A stretch of DNA of 64,000 nt from Candidatus Spongiisociaceae bacterium (GTDB taxonomy: Bacteria; Actinomycetota; Acidimicrobiia; Spongiisociales; Spongiisociaceae), in the NCBI GenBank assembly GCA_965202665.1, contig OZ241841.1, positions 416,001-480,000 of the forward strand, in the 5' to 3' direction. The translations under genes were made by a program, and so were the position numbers. The notes below the pieces were generated by a model. That model saw nothing but the letters and a program-made list of their open reading frames with translations, did not search any database and was not told where the DNA came from. Positions 21,502 to 31,406 of this stretch are shown here, one piece after another. Numbering within the stretch: position 1 is the stretch's first letter; every line of letters begins with the position of its first letter.

Positions 21502-21603
21502 GCTACCAGCCGACGGGTCAGGCAAGCGACGGCGGCGCGGTGCGGGACCGGACCAGCGGCCCCGCACCGTGCGCCCCCGTCATGGTTGAACCGGAAACTG
21601 GGT

Positions 21604-22707
21604 TTAGCCTTCCCACTCCGCCTTCCAGTCGGGATTGGCGGCCAGCACTTCGGCGGTGACGATGGACACGCCCAAGTCGTTGACCACGTTCACATCGTTG
21701 ACGTCCTCAAATCTCTCACCGCGGATCTTGGCGATCACGTTTTTGGCCGCCAAATAGCCTTCGGTCTCTGGGAAGAAGGCCATGGAGGCGTCCCACAGCC
21801 CGGAGTTGATTCCGTCGATGGCCACCTGCGAGGCCCCGCCCCCGGAGATCCACATCGGCTCGATGTCCACTCCGGCGTCCTGCAGGGCGACCACCGCCCC
21901 GGTCACGTGCTGGTCGGCGTTGGACAGCAACACTTCGAATTCGGGATTGGCCTGCAACAGGTCCTGCATGACGGTCAAGGACTGGTCCTGGGAATAGTTG
22001 CCTTCCCCGACGGCCAGGACCTCTATGTTGGACTCGGCGTCCAGCACCTCCCGGAAGGTCTGCAGACGCAGGTTGTCGAACGGGAACTGCAACTGCCCGA
22101 TCATGATGATCACCCGGCACGGGTCCTTGTCGGCGCAGAAGTCAACCACCAGATTGGCCGAATCGCGGGACGACACCGACACCTGGCCGGCGGAGGTGAT
22201 TAACCCCTCCACCTGCGGCTGTATGGAATCAAGGTCGGGACCGATGGGGAACAGGGAGGTGGCCACCGGACCTGCCGTCAACGCATCCGCAATCGCCGGG
22301 GCGATTCCCACCGGATCGTTGGGAACTATCACGTAGCCGTCGAACCGTCCGGAGGCAACCGCGTCCTCCACCTGGTTGAACTGCACCTCTGCGTTAAACT
22401 CGCCGTCCCACATCTCCGTGGTCACGTTACCCGCCTCTTCAGCCGCGCGTTGCACTCCCGTAAAGGTGGCTTGGTTGTAACCGTTCTGACTGGACGAGGC
22501 GAAGAAAACCAGCGAGAGTTCCTCGTCCATCATCTCGGTGGTGGTGGTCGCCGCCGCCGTAGTGGTAGGCGCCGCCGCCGTGGTAGTGGGCGCCGCCGTG
22601 GTAGTGGGCGCCGCCGTAGTAGTGGGCGCCGTGTCGTCGCCGCCGCAAGCGGCCGCCGCCAAGCCCAGGATCAGGCCCAAGCTCAGTAGTTTCCATCGTG
22701 TGCTCAT
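21604..22707 (-). CDS. Sugar-type ABC substrate-binding lipoprotein
   Basis: Lipobox LAAAAC, Thr/Ala/Pro linker, periplasmic-binding-protein type I features. Confidence 0.9.
   Translation of the reverse strand: MSTRWKLLSLGLILGLAAAACGGDDTAPTTTAAPTTTAAPTTTAAAPTTTAAATTTTEMMDEELSLVFFASSSQNGYNQATFTGVQRAAEEAGNVTTEMWDGEFNAEVQFNQVEDAVASGRFDGYVIVPNDPVGIAPAIADALTAGPVATSLFPIGPDLDSIQPQVEGLITSAGQVSVSSRDSANLVVDFCADKDPCRVIIMIGQLQFPFDNLRLQTFREVLDAESNIEVLAVGEGNYSQDQSLTVMQDLLQANPEFEVLLSNADQHVTGAVVALQDAGVDIEPMWISGGGASQVAIDGINSGLWDASMAFFPETEGYLAAKNVIAKIRGERFEDVNDVNVVNDLGVSIVTAEVLAANPDWKAEWEG
22551..22630 (-). repeat. In-frame ~18-bp tandem repeat encoding (APTTTA)n linker
   Basis: Imperfect repeats of GGCGCCCACTACCACGGC in the SBP N-terminal linker. 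Confidence 0.8.
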
Positions 22708-22842
22708 TTTCTTCCTCCTCCATCAGTTTCAACTCGGGCGGGAAGGTCTCTCTCGCGTCAACCGAGTCTTTTCTGATTTAAGCAAGACTTGATATTAGCC
22801 GAGCCGCCGCCCGCGCGCTACCCCGGATGGGGGATTAAAAAA

Positions 22843-24336
22843 TCAGTTGCCGGTTTTGGCTACTTCCGCTAGGAACTCGGCGTTGGATTTGGAGGTGCGC
22901 AGTTTGTCGATCAGCAACTCGATGGCCGCCCCCGGTTGCTCCAAAGCCAGCAGCACTTTGCGCAACTTCCACACATGCTTCAACTCGTTCGGTTCGAACA
23001 GCAACTCCTCGCGGCGGGTGCCGGAGGAGGCGATGTCGATGGCCGGGTAAACCCGCTTGTCGGCCAGTTTGCGGTCCAGGCGCAACTCCATGTTGCCGGT
23101 GCCTTTGAACTCTTCGAAGATCACCTCGTCCATCTTGGAGCCGGTTTCCACCAGGGCGGTGCCGATGATGGTCAGGCTGCCCCCTTCTTCGATGTTGCGG
23201 GCCGCCCCGAAGAACCGCTTGGGCGGGTAGAGGGCGGTGGAATCCACCCCTCCGGACAGGATGCGCCCCGAGGCGGGGGCGGCCAGGTTGTGGGCCCGGG
23301 CCAGCCGGGTGATGGAATCCAGCAGGATCACCACGTCGGTGCCCATCTCCACCTTTCGCTTGGCCCGTTCGATGGCCAGCTCCGAAACCTGGGTGTGCTC
23401 CTCGGCGGGGCGGTCGAAGGTGGAGAAAATAACCTCTCCTTTGACCGACCGTTGCATGTCGGTCACTTCCTCCGGCCGTTCATCCACCAGCACCACCATC
23501 AGATGGCATTCCGGGTTGTTGGCGGTGATGGAGGCGGCGATGTCTTTGAGGACGGTGGTCTTGCCCGCCTTGGGGGGGGACACCACCAGGCCGCGTTGCC
23601 CTTTCCCGATGGGGGCGATGAGATCTATCACCCGGGCCAGGGTGTCGTCTTTGCGTCCGTCCACTTCCAAGCGCAGGCGCATGTCGGGGAACAGCGGCGT
23701 CAGTTCGGAGAACTTGGGGCGGCGGCGGGCGTCCTCCACCGTCATTTCATTGCTGGTCTCGATGCGGATCAGGGCCGGGAACTTCTCCTGGCTGCGGGGG
23801 GAGCGCACCGGGCCCCGGATCATGTCCCCTTTGCGCAGGCCGAACTTGCGAATCTGCCCGGCGGAAACGTACACATCCCGGTCGCCGGGCAGGTATCCGG
23901 TGCACCGCAGGAACCCGTAGCCTTCCGGCAGGGTGTCCAAAATGCCCTCCCGTTCCTCCAGCGGAACTTCGGGCCGCTGGTTGGGACGGGGCCGGCGGCG
24001 CCGGTCGTCCTGCTCCCGGAACTCGCGGGCCGGGCGCCGCTCCGGGCGTTCCAGGCGGCGGGCGGGCGGCTCCTCCGGCCCGCTTCGCTCCTCCTCCCAG
24101 TCGGGCGGGCCGTCGGGGGCCTCCGCCTGCCGGAGGTCCGTCCGCTCCTCGGTGACGGCAATGGCCGGACCGGGCAGGGAAGCCATCAAAGACCCCAGTT
24201 CTTCGGGGCTGACCGTGCTCATAATGGCCTCAATCAGTTTGGCTTTCTGCAGGCCGTTGGCTTCCACGCCCGCCTTGCGGGCCAGGCTCCGCAAATCCCG
24301 GACGGTTTTTGCTTGCAATTCCGATCTGAAGTTCAT
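22843..24336 (-). CDS. rho: Transcription termination factor Rho
   Basis: [40 protein letters not shown]; start MNFRSEL. Confidence 0.98.
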   Translation of the reverse strand: MNFRSELQAKTVRDLRSLARKAGVEANGLQKAKLIEAIMSTVSPEELGSLMASLPGPAIAVTEERTDLRQAEAPDGPPDWEEERSGPEEPPARRLERPERRPAREFREQDDRRRRPRPNQRPEVPLEEREGILDTLPEGYGFLRCTGYLPGDRDVYVSAGQIRKFGLRKGDMIRGPVRSPRSQEKFPALIRIETSNEMTVEDARRRPKFSELTPLFPDMRLRLEVDGRKDDTLARVIDLIAPIGKGQRGLVVSPPKAGKTTVLKDIAASITANNPECHLMVVLVDERPEEVTDMQRSVKGEVIFSTFDRPAEEHTQVSELAIERAKRKVEMGTDVVILLDSITRLARAHNLAAPASGRILSGGVDSTALYPPKRFFGAARNIEEGGSLTIIGTALVETGSKMDEVIFEEFKGTGNMELRLDRKLADKRVYPAIDIASSGTRREELLFEPNELKHVWKLRKVLLALEQPGAAIELLIDKLRTSKSNAEFLAEVAKTGN

Positions 24337-24661
24337 CTGCTTATCCGCTCCTCGGTTGTGAATGTTGGTTTGATGTTCGCCGGCGCCGTTTGGTAAATCG
24401 GGGGTGGCGCCTGGAGTTGCGCCGGTGGCCCCCGGACATCGCATCGCGCTTCCCGCGGAACTTTGCCATCGCCGCCCGGCCTGATGCGGGGTCGGGTCCG
24501 ACCGCAACCGCTTGCGCGGGCCGCAATCGGGACATAATCGAACGCGATGAAAATCGCGGGATCAAAGCCGCCGAACTGACGGATGGCTTCAGGTTAGCCC
24601 ATCGCCCCCGCCCGTGCAACTCAAAACCGGGATGGCCGCCGCTCTCCGGCGGGCGGGCGGG

Positions 24662-26074
24662 CTATCCGGCCCGGGCCCCCACCTCCCGCAACACCTCCGT
24701 CAACTCCCCGAAGTCGGCCCGCAACGGCATCACCCGCTCCGGTAAATCCCCGATTCCGGACAGCCGTTCGGGGAGGGGCGGCTCCGTCCCCAGGGCCTCC
24801 CGCACCGCCTCCGGAAACTTGGCCGGGTGGGCGGTGCCCAGGCACACCACCGGGCCCTCCCCGCCCGACTCGCCCACCGCGTCGCGGGCGGCCCCCACCC
24901 CGATGGCGGTGTGCGGGTCCAGAATCGGACCGCCCGCCTGGTAGGTCTCGGCCATGATCCGCAACGTGTCCCGGTCGTCGTACCAGCGGGAAGCGAATCC
25001 GTTCAGCGCCTCCCCGCCCGGGGACCGCAACCGCCCGGCGGCCCGCAACTCCTCCATGGCCGCCCGCAACCGGGGGCCGTCCCCCCGGTACAGGTCGTAC
25101 AGCAGCCGCTCCAGGTTGGAGGGGATCTGAATGTCCATGGAGGGGCTGAGGGTGGGGACCACCTCCCCCAGGGTCAACATCCGTTCTCGAAAAAATCCGT
25201 CCAGGGACCGGTTGGAGTTGCTGCCCACGATCAGGCGGCGCACCTCCAGGCCCATCCGCCGCGCCGCGTAGCCGGAGTAGACATTGCCGAAGTTGCCGCT
25301 GGGGACCGCCAAAGTCAGCGGGGCGCCGACCCGCAGGGCGGCCCAGTAGTAGTAGGCCGCTTGGGCCAGCAGGCGGCCGAAGTTGATGGAGTTGGCGGTG
25401 GTCAGGTAATAAGCGTCCCGCAGATGCGGATCGGCCAGGGCCCGCTTGCACAGATCCTGGCAGTCGTCGAATGTTCCCTCCACCGCCACCGCATGCACGT
25501 TGGGCGAGGGGATGGTGGTCATCTGACGGCGCTGCACTTCGCTGGTCCGGCCCTGCGGGAACAGGATCACCACCTCCGTCCGTTCCCGGTCGCGGAAGGC
25601 TTCCATGGCGGCCGAACCGGTGTCCCCGGAGGTGGCCCCGATGATCGTCGCCCGGCCCCCCCGCTGTTGCAGGGCCCGGTCCATCAGGACGCCCAGCATC
25701 TGCAAGGCGAAGTCTTTGAAGGCCAATGTCGGCCCCCAGAACAACTCCATTAAATAGAAGGCCGGGGCGTCTTGCCGGTTGAACCGGGCGGGGAGGGGAA
25801 GGGGAACCAGGGGGGCGACCTGCGGATGGTCGAAACGGGCGTACACCCGGGCCGACTCCTCTTGCAACTGGTCGGGGTCCAGCAACTCCCCGGTGAAAGG
25901 TTCCATCACCCGCGCCGCCGCCTCCGCAAAATTCATATTTTCGTCCAGGTCGGATATCTCCAGGCGGGGCCATTGGACGGGAACGTACAGTCCGCCGTCG
26001 GGGGCCAAGCCGGTCAGGATGGCGGCGGGGACGTCCACCGGCGGGCAGCCGCCCCGGGTGGAAGCCAGCAACAT
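24662..26074 (-). CDS. thrC: Threonine synthase
   Basis: GLAPDGGLYVP, GPTLAFKD, ATSGDTG, TAHPAKF. Confidence 0.96.
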   Translation of the reverse strand: MLLASTRGGCPPVDVPAAILTGLAPDGGLYVPVQWPRLEISDLDENMNFAEAAARVMEPFTGELLDPDQLQEESARVYARFDHPQVAPLVPLPLPARFNRQDAPAFYLMELFWGPTLAFKDFALQMLGVLMDRALQQRGGRATIIGATSGDTGSAAMEAFRDRERTEVVILFPQGRTSEVQRRQMTTIPSPNVHAVAVEGTFDDCQDLCKRALADPHLRDAYYLTTANSINFGRLLAQAAYYYWAALRVGAPLTLAVPSGNFGNVYSGYAARRMGLEVRRLIVGSNSNRSLDGFFRERMLTLGEVVPTLSPSMDIQIPSNLERLLYDLYRGDGPRLRAAMEELRAAGRLRSPGGEALNGFASRWYDDRDTLRIMAETYQAGGPILDPHTAIGVGAARDAVGESGGEGPVVCLGTAHPAKFPEAVREALGTEPPLPERLSGIGDLPERVMPLRADFGELTEVLREVGARAG

Positions 26075-26108
26075 GGCCCGCCCCCTTACCCGGAGGGGGG
26101 GCGGCCGG

Positions 26109-27392
26109 TCATGGACCGTCGCCGAGCACCCGCAGCACCGCCCCCACCTCCGACACCACATCCAGTTCCATAAGCGCGGAAGCCGCCGCCCGCAGGTCGC
26201 CCTCCCGGGTGTCGTGGGTTACCAGAATCAGGGTGGCCTCGTCCCCCCGTCCCTCCTGCCGCACCGACTTGATGGACACCTGATGCCGCCCGAAGCAGTC
26301 GGCGATTTTGGCCAGCACGCCGGGGCGGTCGGTGACCGTCATCCGCAGATACCATTTGGCCTCCGACTCGGAGGCGTCCCGCAGCCGGCCGGGGGCGAAG
26401 CGTATGCGGGACCTGACCTGGGTGCCGGAGAGGCGCTCCCGGGCCGACATGATCACATCCCCCAGCACGGCGGTGGCGGTGGGATCGCCGCCCGCCCCCG
26501 GGCCGGTGAAAAGCAACTCCCCCAGGGCCGGGCCGCTCACGAAGACCGCGTTGGCCGCGCCCCGCACCGAAGCCAGCGGATGGTCGGCGGGCACCAAAGC
26601 GGGGGCGACCAGAACCGACGCCCCGTCGGGGTGGTCTTCGGCCGCCGCCAGCAGTTTGATTTTGTAACCCAGGTCGCCCGCCAGCCGATGATCCAGCAGG
26701 GACAGGCCTTCTATGCCCTCCCGGCGCACCTGTTCACCGCCCACCCAGGTTCCGAAAGCCAGGCTGGCCAGGATGGCCGCTTTGGCGGCCGCATCCCCGC
26801 CCCCCACATCGGCCGTGGGATCCGCCTCCGCGTATCCGAGGGCCTGCGCCCCGGCCAAGGCCTCTTCGTAGGAGATGTCGTCCTCCACCATGCGGGTCAG
26901 GATGTAGTTGGTGGTCCCGTTGACGATGCCCAGCAGGGACGTGATCCTTTCGCCCGCCAGCGACTCGGAGAGGGGGCGGATGATGGGAATCCCCCCGCCC
27001 ACCGCCGCTTCGAACAGCAACGACACCCCGGCTTCTTCGGCCGCGGCCAGCAATTCGCTCCCCCGGGCCGCCACCAGTTCCTTGTTGGCGGTGACCACCG
27101 CCTTGCCGGAACGCAAAGCCCGCATGACCAGCGACCCGGCCGGTTCCAGGCCGCCCATCAGTTCGATGATGATGGCCGCCTGCGGGTCGCCCACCACCTC
27201 CTGCGGGCGGTCGGTGAGCAGTCCGGGGGGGATGTCCGCCGGGCGGGGTTTGCCCAAGTCGCGTACCGCCACCCCCCGCACCTCCAAATTGAGTCCGGTT
27301 TTGGCGGCCACCGCATCGGCTTCGGACACCAAGCGGCGGATGAGGGCCGCCCCCACGTTGCCCGCGCCCAAAACGCCCACTCCTATCCGCAT
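26109..27392 (-). CDS. hom: Homoserine dehydrogenase with ACT domain
   Basis: LGAGNVG, VVTANK, EAAVGGGIP, NGTTNYIL, GYAEADPT. Confidence 0.97.
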   Translation of the reverse strand: MRIGVGVLGAGNVGAALIRRLVSEADAVAAKTGLNLEVRGVAVRDLGKPRPADIPPGLLTDRPQEVVGDPQAAIIIELMGGLEPAGSLVMRALRSGKAVVTANKELVAARGSELLAAAEEAGVSLLFEAAVGGGIPIIRPLSESLAGERITSLLGIVNGTTNYILTRMVEDDISYEEALAGAQALGYAEADPTADVGGGDAAAKAAILASLAFGTWVGGEQVRREGIEGLSLLDHRLAGDLGYKIKLLAAAEDHPDGASVLVAPALVPADHPLASVRGAANAVFVSGPALGELLFTGPGAGGDPTATAVLGDVIMSARERLSGTQVRSRIRFAPGRLRDASESEAKWYLRMTVTDRPGVLAKIADCFGRHQVSIKSVRQEGRGDEATLILVTHDTREGDLRAAASALMELDVVSEVGAVLRVLGDGP

Positions 27393-28750
27393 TGTCCTCC
27401 CGTCGGTCGGCTGTCCGGTTCGTCCTCCGGCGACCAGGCGGGGGCGGCGCGCAGTCCGCGCTGTCCGCCCAGCAAATCGGCGGGGGATTCCCTGCAGACT
27501 ACCTCCCTCGCCTCCCCGTTTTTGACGAACAGTACCGGGGGGCGGGGCAGGGCGTTGTAGCGGGAGGACATGGAATAAGCGTAGGCCCCGGCGGCGGGCA
27601 TGGCCACCGTCCGTCCCGGCCCCATATCGGCGGGGAGCTCCGCCCCGTCCAGCAGCAGGTCCGATTCGCAACTGCGCCCGAACACTTGGAAGCGGGCGGT
27701 CTCCCCGCCCGGGGAGCGCACCGCGGGCAACAGTTCGTAACGGGAGCCGTAGAGGGCGGGGCGGGGGTTGTCGGTCATCCCCCCGTCCAAGGCCAGCATC
27801 TCCCCGCCTCCGGGCAGGGTTTTGCGCACCCCGGCGGTGTACAGCAGAACCCCGGCGTTGGCGACCAGCGACCGGCCCGGTTCCATCATTACGGTCACCG
27901 GCCCCAGGCGTTCTTCCGCCCGGCAGTCGGCCAAGGCGGCGGCGATGGCCCCGGCTGTTTGGCCGGGGGTCGGGAAAGGATCGGAGCGCAAGTAGGGGGC
28001 GGCCATCCCCCCGCCCACGTTGAGCAAAATGGGCTCCTCGCGGAAGGCCGGGCGATGGGCGGCGGCGAACTCCACTAGGGCGGAGACGATGGCCCCGTAG
28101 ACGGCCGGGTCGGCGATGTGGCTGCCGGCGTGCAGGTGCGCCCCCCGCAGGCGCAAGCCGGGGGCGTCCGCCAAACGGGAGGCCGCCTCCCCGGCTACGG
28201 CGGGGGGCATCCCGAATTTGGCGTCGGCGCCGCTGGTCAAAACTTTGCGATGGGTGCGCAGGCCGGTCTCCACGTTGAGCCGCACCATCACCGCGGCCGG
28301 CTCCGGGGATTGGGCGGTTTCGGCCAGCCGTCGCAGGCGCCCGGCCTCGTGGAGGGAGTCGACCGCGATGAGTCCCACCGACCCGTCGACCGCCAGCCGC
28401 AACTCCTCATCCGTTTTCAAATTGCCGTGCAGGAGCAATCTCCCGGCCGCCACCCCCCCGGAGCGGGCCAGGGCGACTTCCCCGGCCGAGGCGGCGTCCA
28501 CCCACCAGCCGGCCTCCGCCAGCAGCTCGGCCAGGGCGGTGCACATGAAAGCCTTGGAGGCGTAAACGGGGATCCCCCATCCGGCGAAGGCCTCGGTGAA
28601 TTCGGCCAGGCGGTTTTCCAGGTGGGCCAGGTCGTATACGTAGGCGGGGGTGCCGTAGCGGCGGGCCAGGTCGTCCAGCGGGACGCCGCCCATTTCCGCC
28701 CGGCCGTCGGTTTCGGTCCAAGTTTGGGGAAGCACGTCTTGCAGGGCCAT
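27383..28750 (-). CDS. lysA: Diaminopimelate decarboxylase
   Basis: YASKAF PLP lysine, EPGRSLV, DNPRPALY, CESD; lysA-hom-thrC order. Confidence 0.92.
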   Translation of the reverse strand: MALQDVLPQTWTETDGRAEMGGVPLDDLARRYGTPAYVYDLAHLENRLAEFTEAFAGWGIPVYASKAFMCTALAELLAEAGWWVDAASAGEVALARSGGVAAGRLLLHGNLKTDEELRLAVDGSVGLIAVDSLHEAGRLRRLAETAQSPEPAAVMVRLNVETGLRTHRKVLTSGADAKFGMPPAVAGEAASRLADAPGLRLRGAHLHAGSHIADPAVYGAIVSALVEFAAAHRPAFREEPILLNVGGGMAAPYLRSDPFPTPGQTAGAIAAALADCRAEERLGPVTVMMEPGRSLVANAGVLLYTAGVRKTLPGGGEMLALDGGMTDNPRPALYGSRYELLPAVRSPGGETARFQVFGRSCESDLLLDGAELPADMGPGRTVAMPAAGAYAYSMSSRYNALPRPPVLFVKNGEAREVVCRESPADLLGGQRGLRAAPAWSPEDEPDSRPTGGQCG

Positions 28751-28774
28751 CGGGAATCCAGGGTAGTGGGCGGG

Positions 28775-28846
<72 letters not shown>

Positions 28847-28897
28847 AACGGAGGGGCCGGGCCCCATCTTACCGGACCGCCCCCCTCTAAGGATAAT

Positions 28898-28987
28898 TAA
28901 AAAAAGATGGCCGGGGCTGGTTCTAGGGGGAGAGAACCTTGTAGCCCCGGCCTTGGCAGGTGGGTGTATCCTGCCTTTTGGTGGGTG
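28898..28987 (-). ncRNA. Putative small RNA with C-rich loops ending in an intrinsic terminator
   Basis: Follows a consensus promoter; hairpin GGCAGG/CCTGCC, then GGCCGGGGCT...AGCCCCGGCC + T7 with CTCTCCCCCT in the apical region. Confidence 0.6.
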
Positions 28988-28992
28988 CCGCC

Positions 28993-29022
28993 ATTATACA
29001 CATGCTTCAAAAAGCGTGTCAA
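28993..29022 (-). promoter_or_regulatory. Consensus sigma70/SigA promoter
   Basis: Minus strand TTGACA-N18-TATAAT, exact hexamers in a GC-rich genome. Confidence 0.85.
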
Positions 29023-29136
29023 TTCTAAATACCACATTTTTGCCTGGCCGTTCGCGGAGCGGGCGGGGCCGCCCGGACGGGGAGGGGCGGGACAAGTTCT
29101 TTGGGGAGCGGGGGCGGGCAGGTTAGGATTGCGTTT

Positions 29137-29931
29137 ATGAGACCCATCTGGTCCGGGGCGGTGTCCTTCGGCTTGGTCACCATCCCGGTGAAACTCTACC
29201 CGGCCACCGAGGATCGCCGTCCCCGGTTCCGGCAGTTGCGCCGCGAGGACCACAGCCCCATCCGCTACCGCAAAGTGGCGGAGGCGGACGGGGCGGAGGT
29301 GACGGCGGCGGACATCGTGCGCGGCTACGAAGTGGAAAAAGACCGCTACGTGATCTTCTCCGAAGAGGAACTGGCCATCGGGTCCGATGTGGCCCCCAAA
29401 ATGGTGGAGGTGATGCAGTTCGTAGACGGGCGGGAAATCGACCCCATCTACTACCGGTCGGCCTACTACCTGGCCCCGGAGGCCAGCGGGGTGAAAGCCT
29501 ACCGGCTGATGCTCCGCACCTTGGCCGACAAGGATCGGGTGGCCATCGCCAAAGTGGCCCTGCGCGAACGGGCGCACTTGGCGGTGGTGCGCCCCCGGGA
29601 GGAGTTGCTGGTGCTGGAAACCATGCATTGGCCGGACGAGATCCGAACCGCCGAGTTTGAGGAACTGGCCGCCGGCCAAACCGAAATCCGCGCCGAGGAG
29701 ACGGCCATGGCCGAAATGCTGATCGACAGCCTCACCGCCGAGTTCGACCCCTCCCAATGGTCCGACCGCCGGAGGGAGACGATCGAGTCGCTGGCCCGGC
29801 AGAAGGTTGAGGGCAAGGAAATCGTGGCCCCCGAGTCCCCGGAGCCGACCAAAGTGGTGGATCTGATGGAGGCTTTGGCCGCCTCGGTGGAAGCCGCCGC
29901 GGCCCGCAAGGCGCAACGGAAGGCCGGATGA
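29137..29931 (+). CDS. ku: Ku protein (NHEJ)
   Basis: MRPIWSGAVSFGLVTIPVKLY, YYLAP, VVDLMEAL.AS. Confidence 0.96.
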   Translation: MRPIWSGAVSFGLVTIPVKLYPATEDRRPRFRQLRREDHSPIRYRKVAEADGAEVTAADIVRGYEVEKDRYVIFSEEELAIGSDVAPKMVEVMQFVDGREIDPIYYRSAYYLAPEASGVKAYRLMLRTLADKDRVAIAKVALRERAHLAVVRPREELLVLETMHWPDEIRTAEFEELAAGQTEIRAEETAMAEMLIDSLTAEFDPSQWSDRRRETIESLARQKVEGKEIVAPESPEPTKVVDLMEALAASVEAAAARKAQRKAG

Positions 29932-29993
29932 CAACGGACGATGATGACAAAGGGTGAGATGACAACGGACGATAACGAAAGGACGGAGCGACG

Positions 29994-30215
29994 GTGAAGG
30001 CGCGTATCGGAATAGCGGACGCCGGACGGGAAGTGGAGGTGGAAGTGGAGGACCGCTCCGAGTTCATGGAGCGTATCGACAAGGCCCACCGCAAAGGCGA
30101 GCCCATGCTGTGGTTCACCGACTTGAAAGGCAACGACTTCGGGTTGCCGTTGCAACGGATCGCCTATATAGAGTTGGTGGACGAGCAGGACCGCTCAGTG
30201 GGCTTCTCCCTCTGA
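29994..30215 (+). CDS. DUF3107-like small protein
   Basis: RIGIADAGREVEV ... TDLKG ... IAYIE ... VGF pattern. Confidence 0.75.
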   Translation: MKARIGIADAGREVEVEVEDRSEFMERIDKAHRKGEPMLWFTDLKGNDFGLPLQRIAYIELVDEQDRSVGFSL

Positions 30216-30267
30216 AACTGGTTCGGGGCGTCCCCCGGTTCAGATCACGGCCGGGGTGAAAGCCGGT

Positions 30268-30558
30268 TCAAACGGCGGCCCGGCGGCGCTCGGCCAGCCA
30301 GCGTTTGCGCAATCGCCGGCGTTCGTCTTCGGCGTATCCGCCCCACACTCCGGCCTCCTGATTGGTGTTCAGGGAGAACTGCAGACAATCCTCCCGGACG
30401 ATGCAGGCTTCACAGACGGCTTTGGCTTCTTCTATCTGCTCGATGGCCGGGCCGGTGGTCCCGATGGGGAAAAACAGGTCCGGGTCGGAATCGCGGCAGG
30501 CGGCCAGTTCCCGCCATTGCCGGAGGTTCACGGTCGGGGCTTGGGCTAACAGGGTCAC
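30268..30558 (-). CDS. whiB: WhiB-family Fe-S transcription factor (WhiB1-like)
   Basis: WRELAAC...DPDLFFPIGTTGPA..QIEEAKAVC..C....C, GVWGG; GTG start with GAGG RBS. Confidence 0.93.
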   Translation of the reverse strand: MTLLAQAPTVNLRQWRELAACRDSDPDLFFPIGTTGPAIEQIEEAKAVCEACIVREDCLQFSLNTNQEAGVWGGYAEDERRRLRKRWLAERRRAAV

Positions 30559-30660
30559 TTGTTGTTCCTCTAGTTCGTCTTGGGGTTTCGTGCTTGGGTG
30601 TTTACGTGCTTGTTTTTCGTTCCGCCCGGCGGGGCGGAGCCGAGCGGAACCCGCCGACTT

Positions 30661-30676
30661 TGTGATTTTTTTCACA
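30661..30676. promoter_or_regulatory. CRP-family binding site upstream of whiB
   Basis: Perfect TGTGA-N6-TCACA palindrome. Confidence 0.75.
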
Positions 30677-30732
30677 ATCGCCCCCGCCAGGTTTCGGCGG
30701 GGAAAGGTCGGTTCCGAACGACTTGTTCAGCC

Positions 30733-30761
30733 ACTTTACCCTATGCAACATCCAAGCGCAA
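30733..30761 (-). promoter_or_regulatory. Putative SigA promoter for whiB
   Basis: Minus strand TTGCGC-N17-TAAAGT. Confidence 0.45.
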
Positions 30762-30814
30762 GGGAAATTTCCAATTTTTTCCAAATTTTTTTGCGGTGGA
30801 AACCCCCTTGAAAA

Positions 30815-30836
30815 TGTCACAGGCTTTGTTTATGTT
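30815..30836 (+). promoter_or_regulatory. PafBC/RecA-NDp-like promoter for LysM gene
   Basis: TGTCAC-N10-TATGTT with an in-frame ATG 6 nt after the -10 element (leaderless). Confidence 0.5.
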
Positions 30837-30842
30837 AACGAT

Positions 30843-31406
30843 ATGTTGCGAAATACTACTACCGATAAGCAATCATTCTCCGGCAAGCCGGGGCGGGTAA
30901 CCGGGAGATGGAAGACAACGTTGGCGACACTGGCGGCGTGGGCGACGGCGATCGTCTTGGCATCCGCCCCGCTGGCAGCGGGGAAGGCCCGGGCCGCCGC
31001 GCCGCCGCCGGTTCCCGTCGTCGCCGGACGCGTCCTCCCCGCCCCGGACTCCCCCGGCCTCCGCGCCGGGACGGCCGGGCCGGGCTTTCTGCTGCCCCGG
31101 GCCGCCCCGGTCATGAGGGGGACGGCCCTCCCGGTTCCCCGCCGGGCGGGCCCGGCCGGAGGAGACGGGGGCGGGAGCGGGGGCGGCAGCGGCAGCGTTC
31201 ATATCGTGCGGGCGGGCGAGAGCCTGTGGGCGGTGGCCCTCCTCCATGCCGGCGACGGCGACCGGCGGAGAGCGCAAGCCATGTTCGAGGCCATTCTCCG
31301 GGCCAACCGCGACCGGTTCGGGACGGGCGGCCCGGACCTGATTTTCCCCGGGGAGCGGCTGCTCATCCCCGCTTACGAATCTTACGGGAGTTCCTCCCAT
31401 GGATAG
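30843..31406 (+). CDS. Membrane-anchored/secreted LysM-domain protein
   Basis: Hydrophobic N-region, Pro/Gly linker, C-terminal HIVRAGESLWAVA...N......PDLIFPGERLLIP LysM. Confidence 0.82.
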   Translation: MLRNTTTDKQSFSGKPGRVTGRWKTTLATLAAWATAIVLASAPLAAGKARAAAPPPVPVVAGRVLPAPDSPGLRAGTAGPGFLLPRAAPVMRGTALPVPRRAGPAGGDGGGSGGGSGSVHIVRAGESLWAVALLHAGDGDRRRAQAMFEAILRANRDRFGTGGPDLIFPGERLLIPAYESYGSSSHG

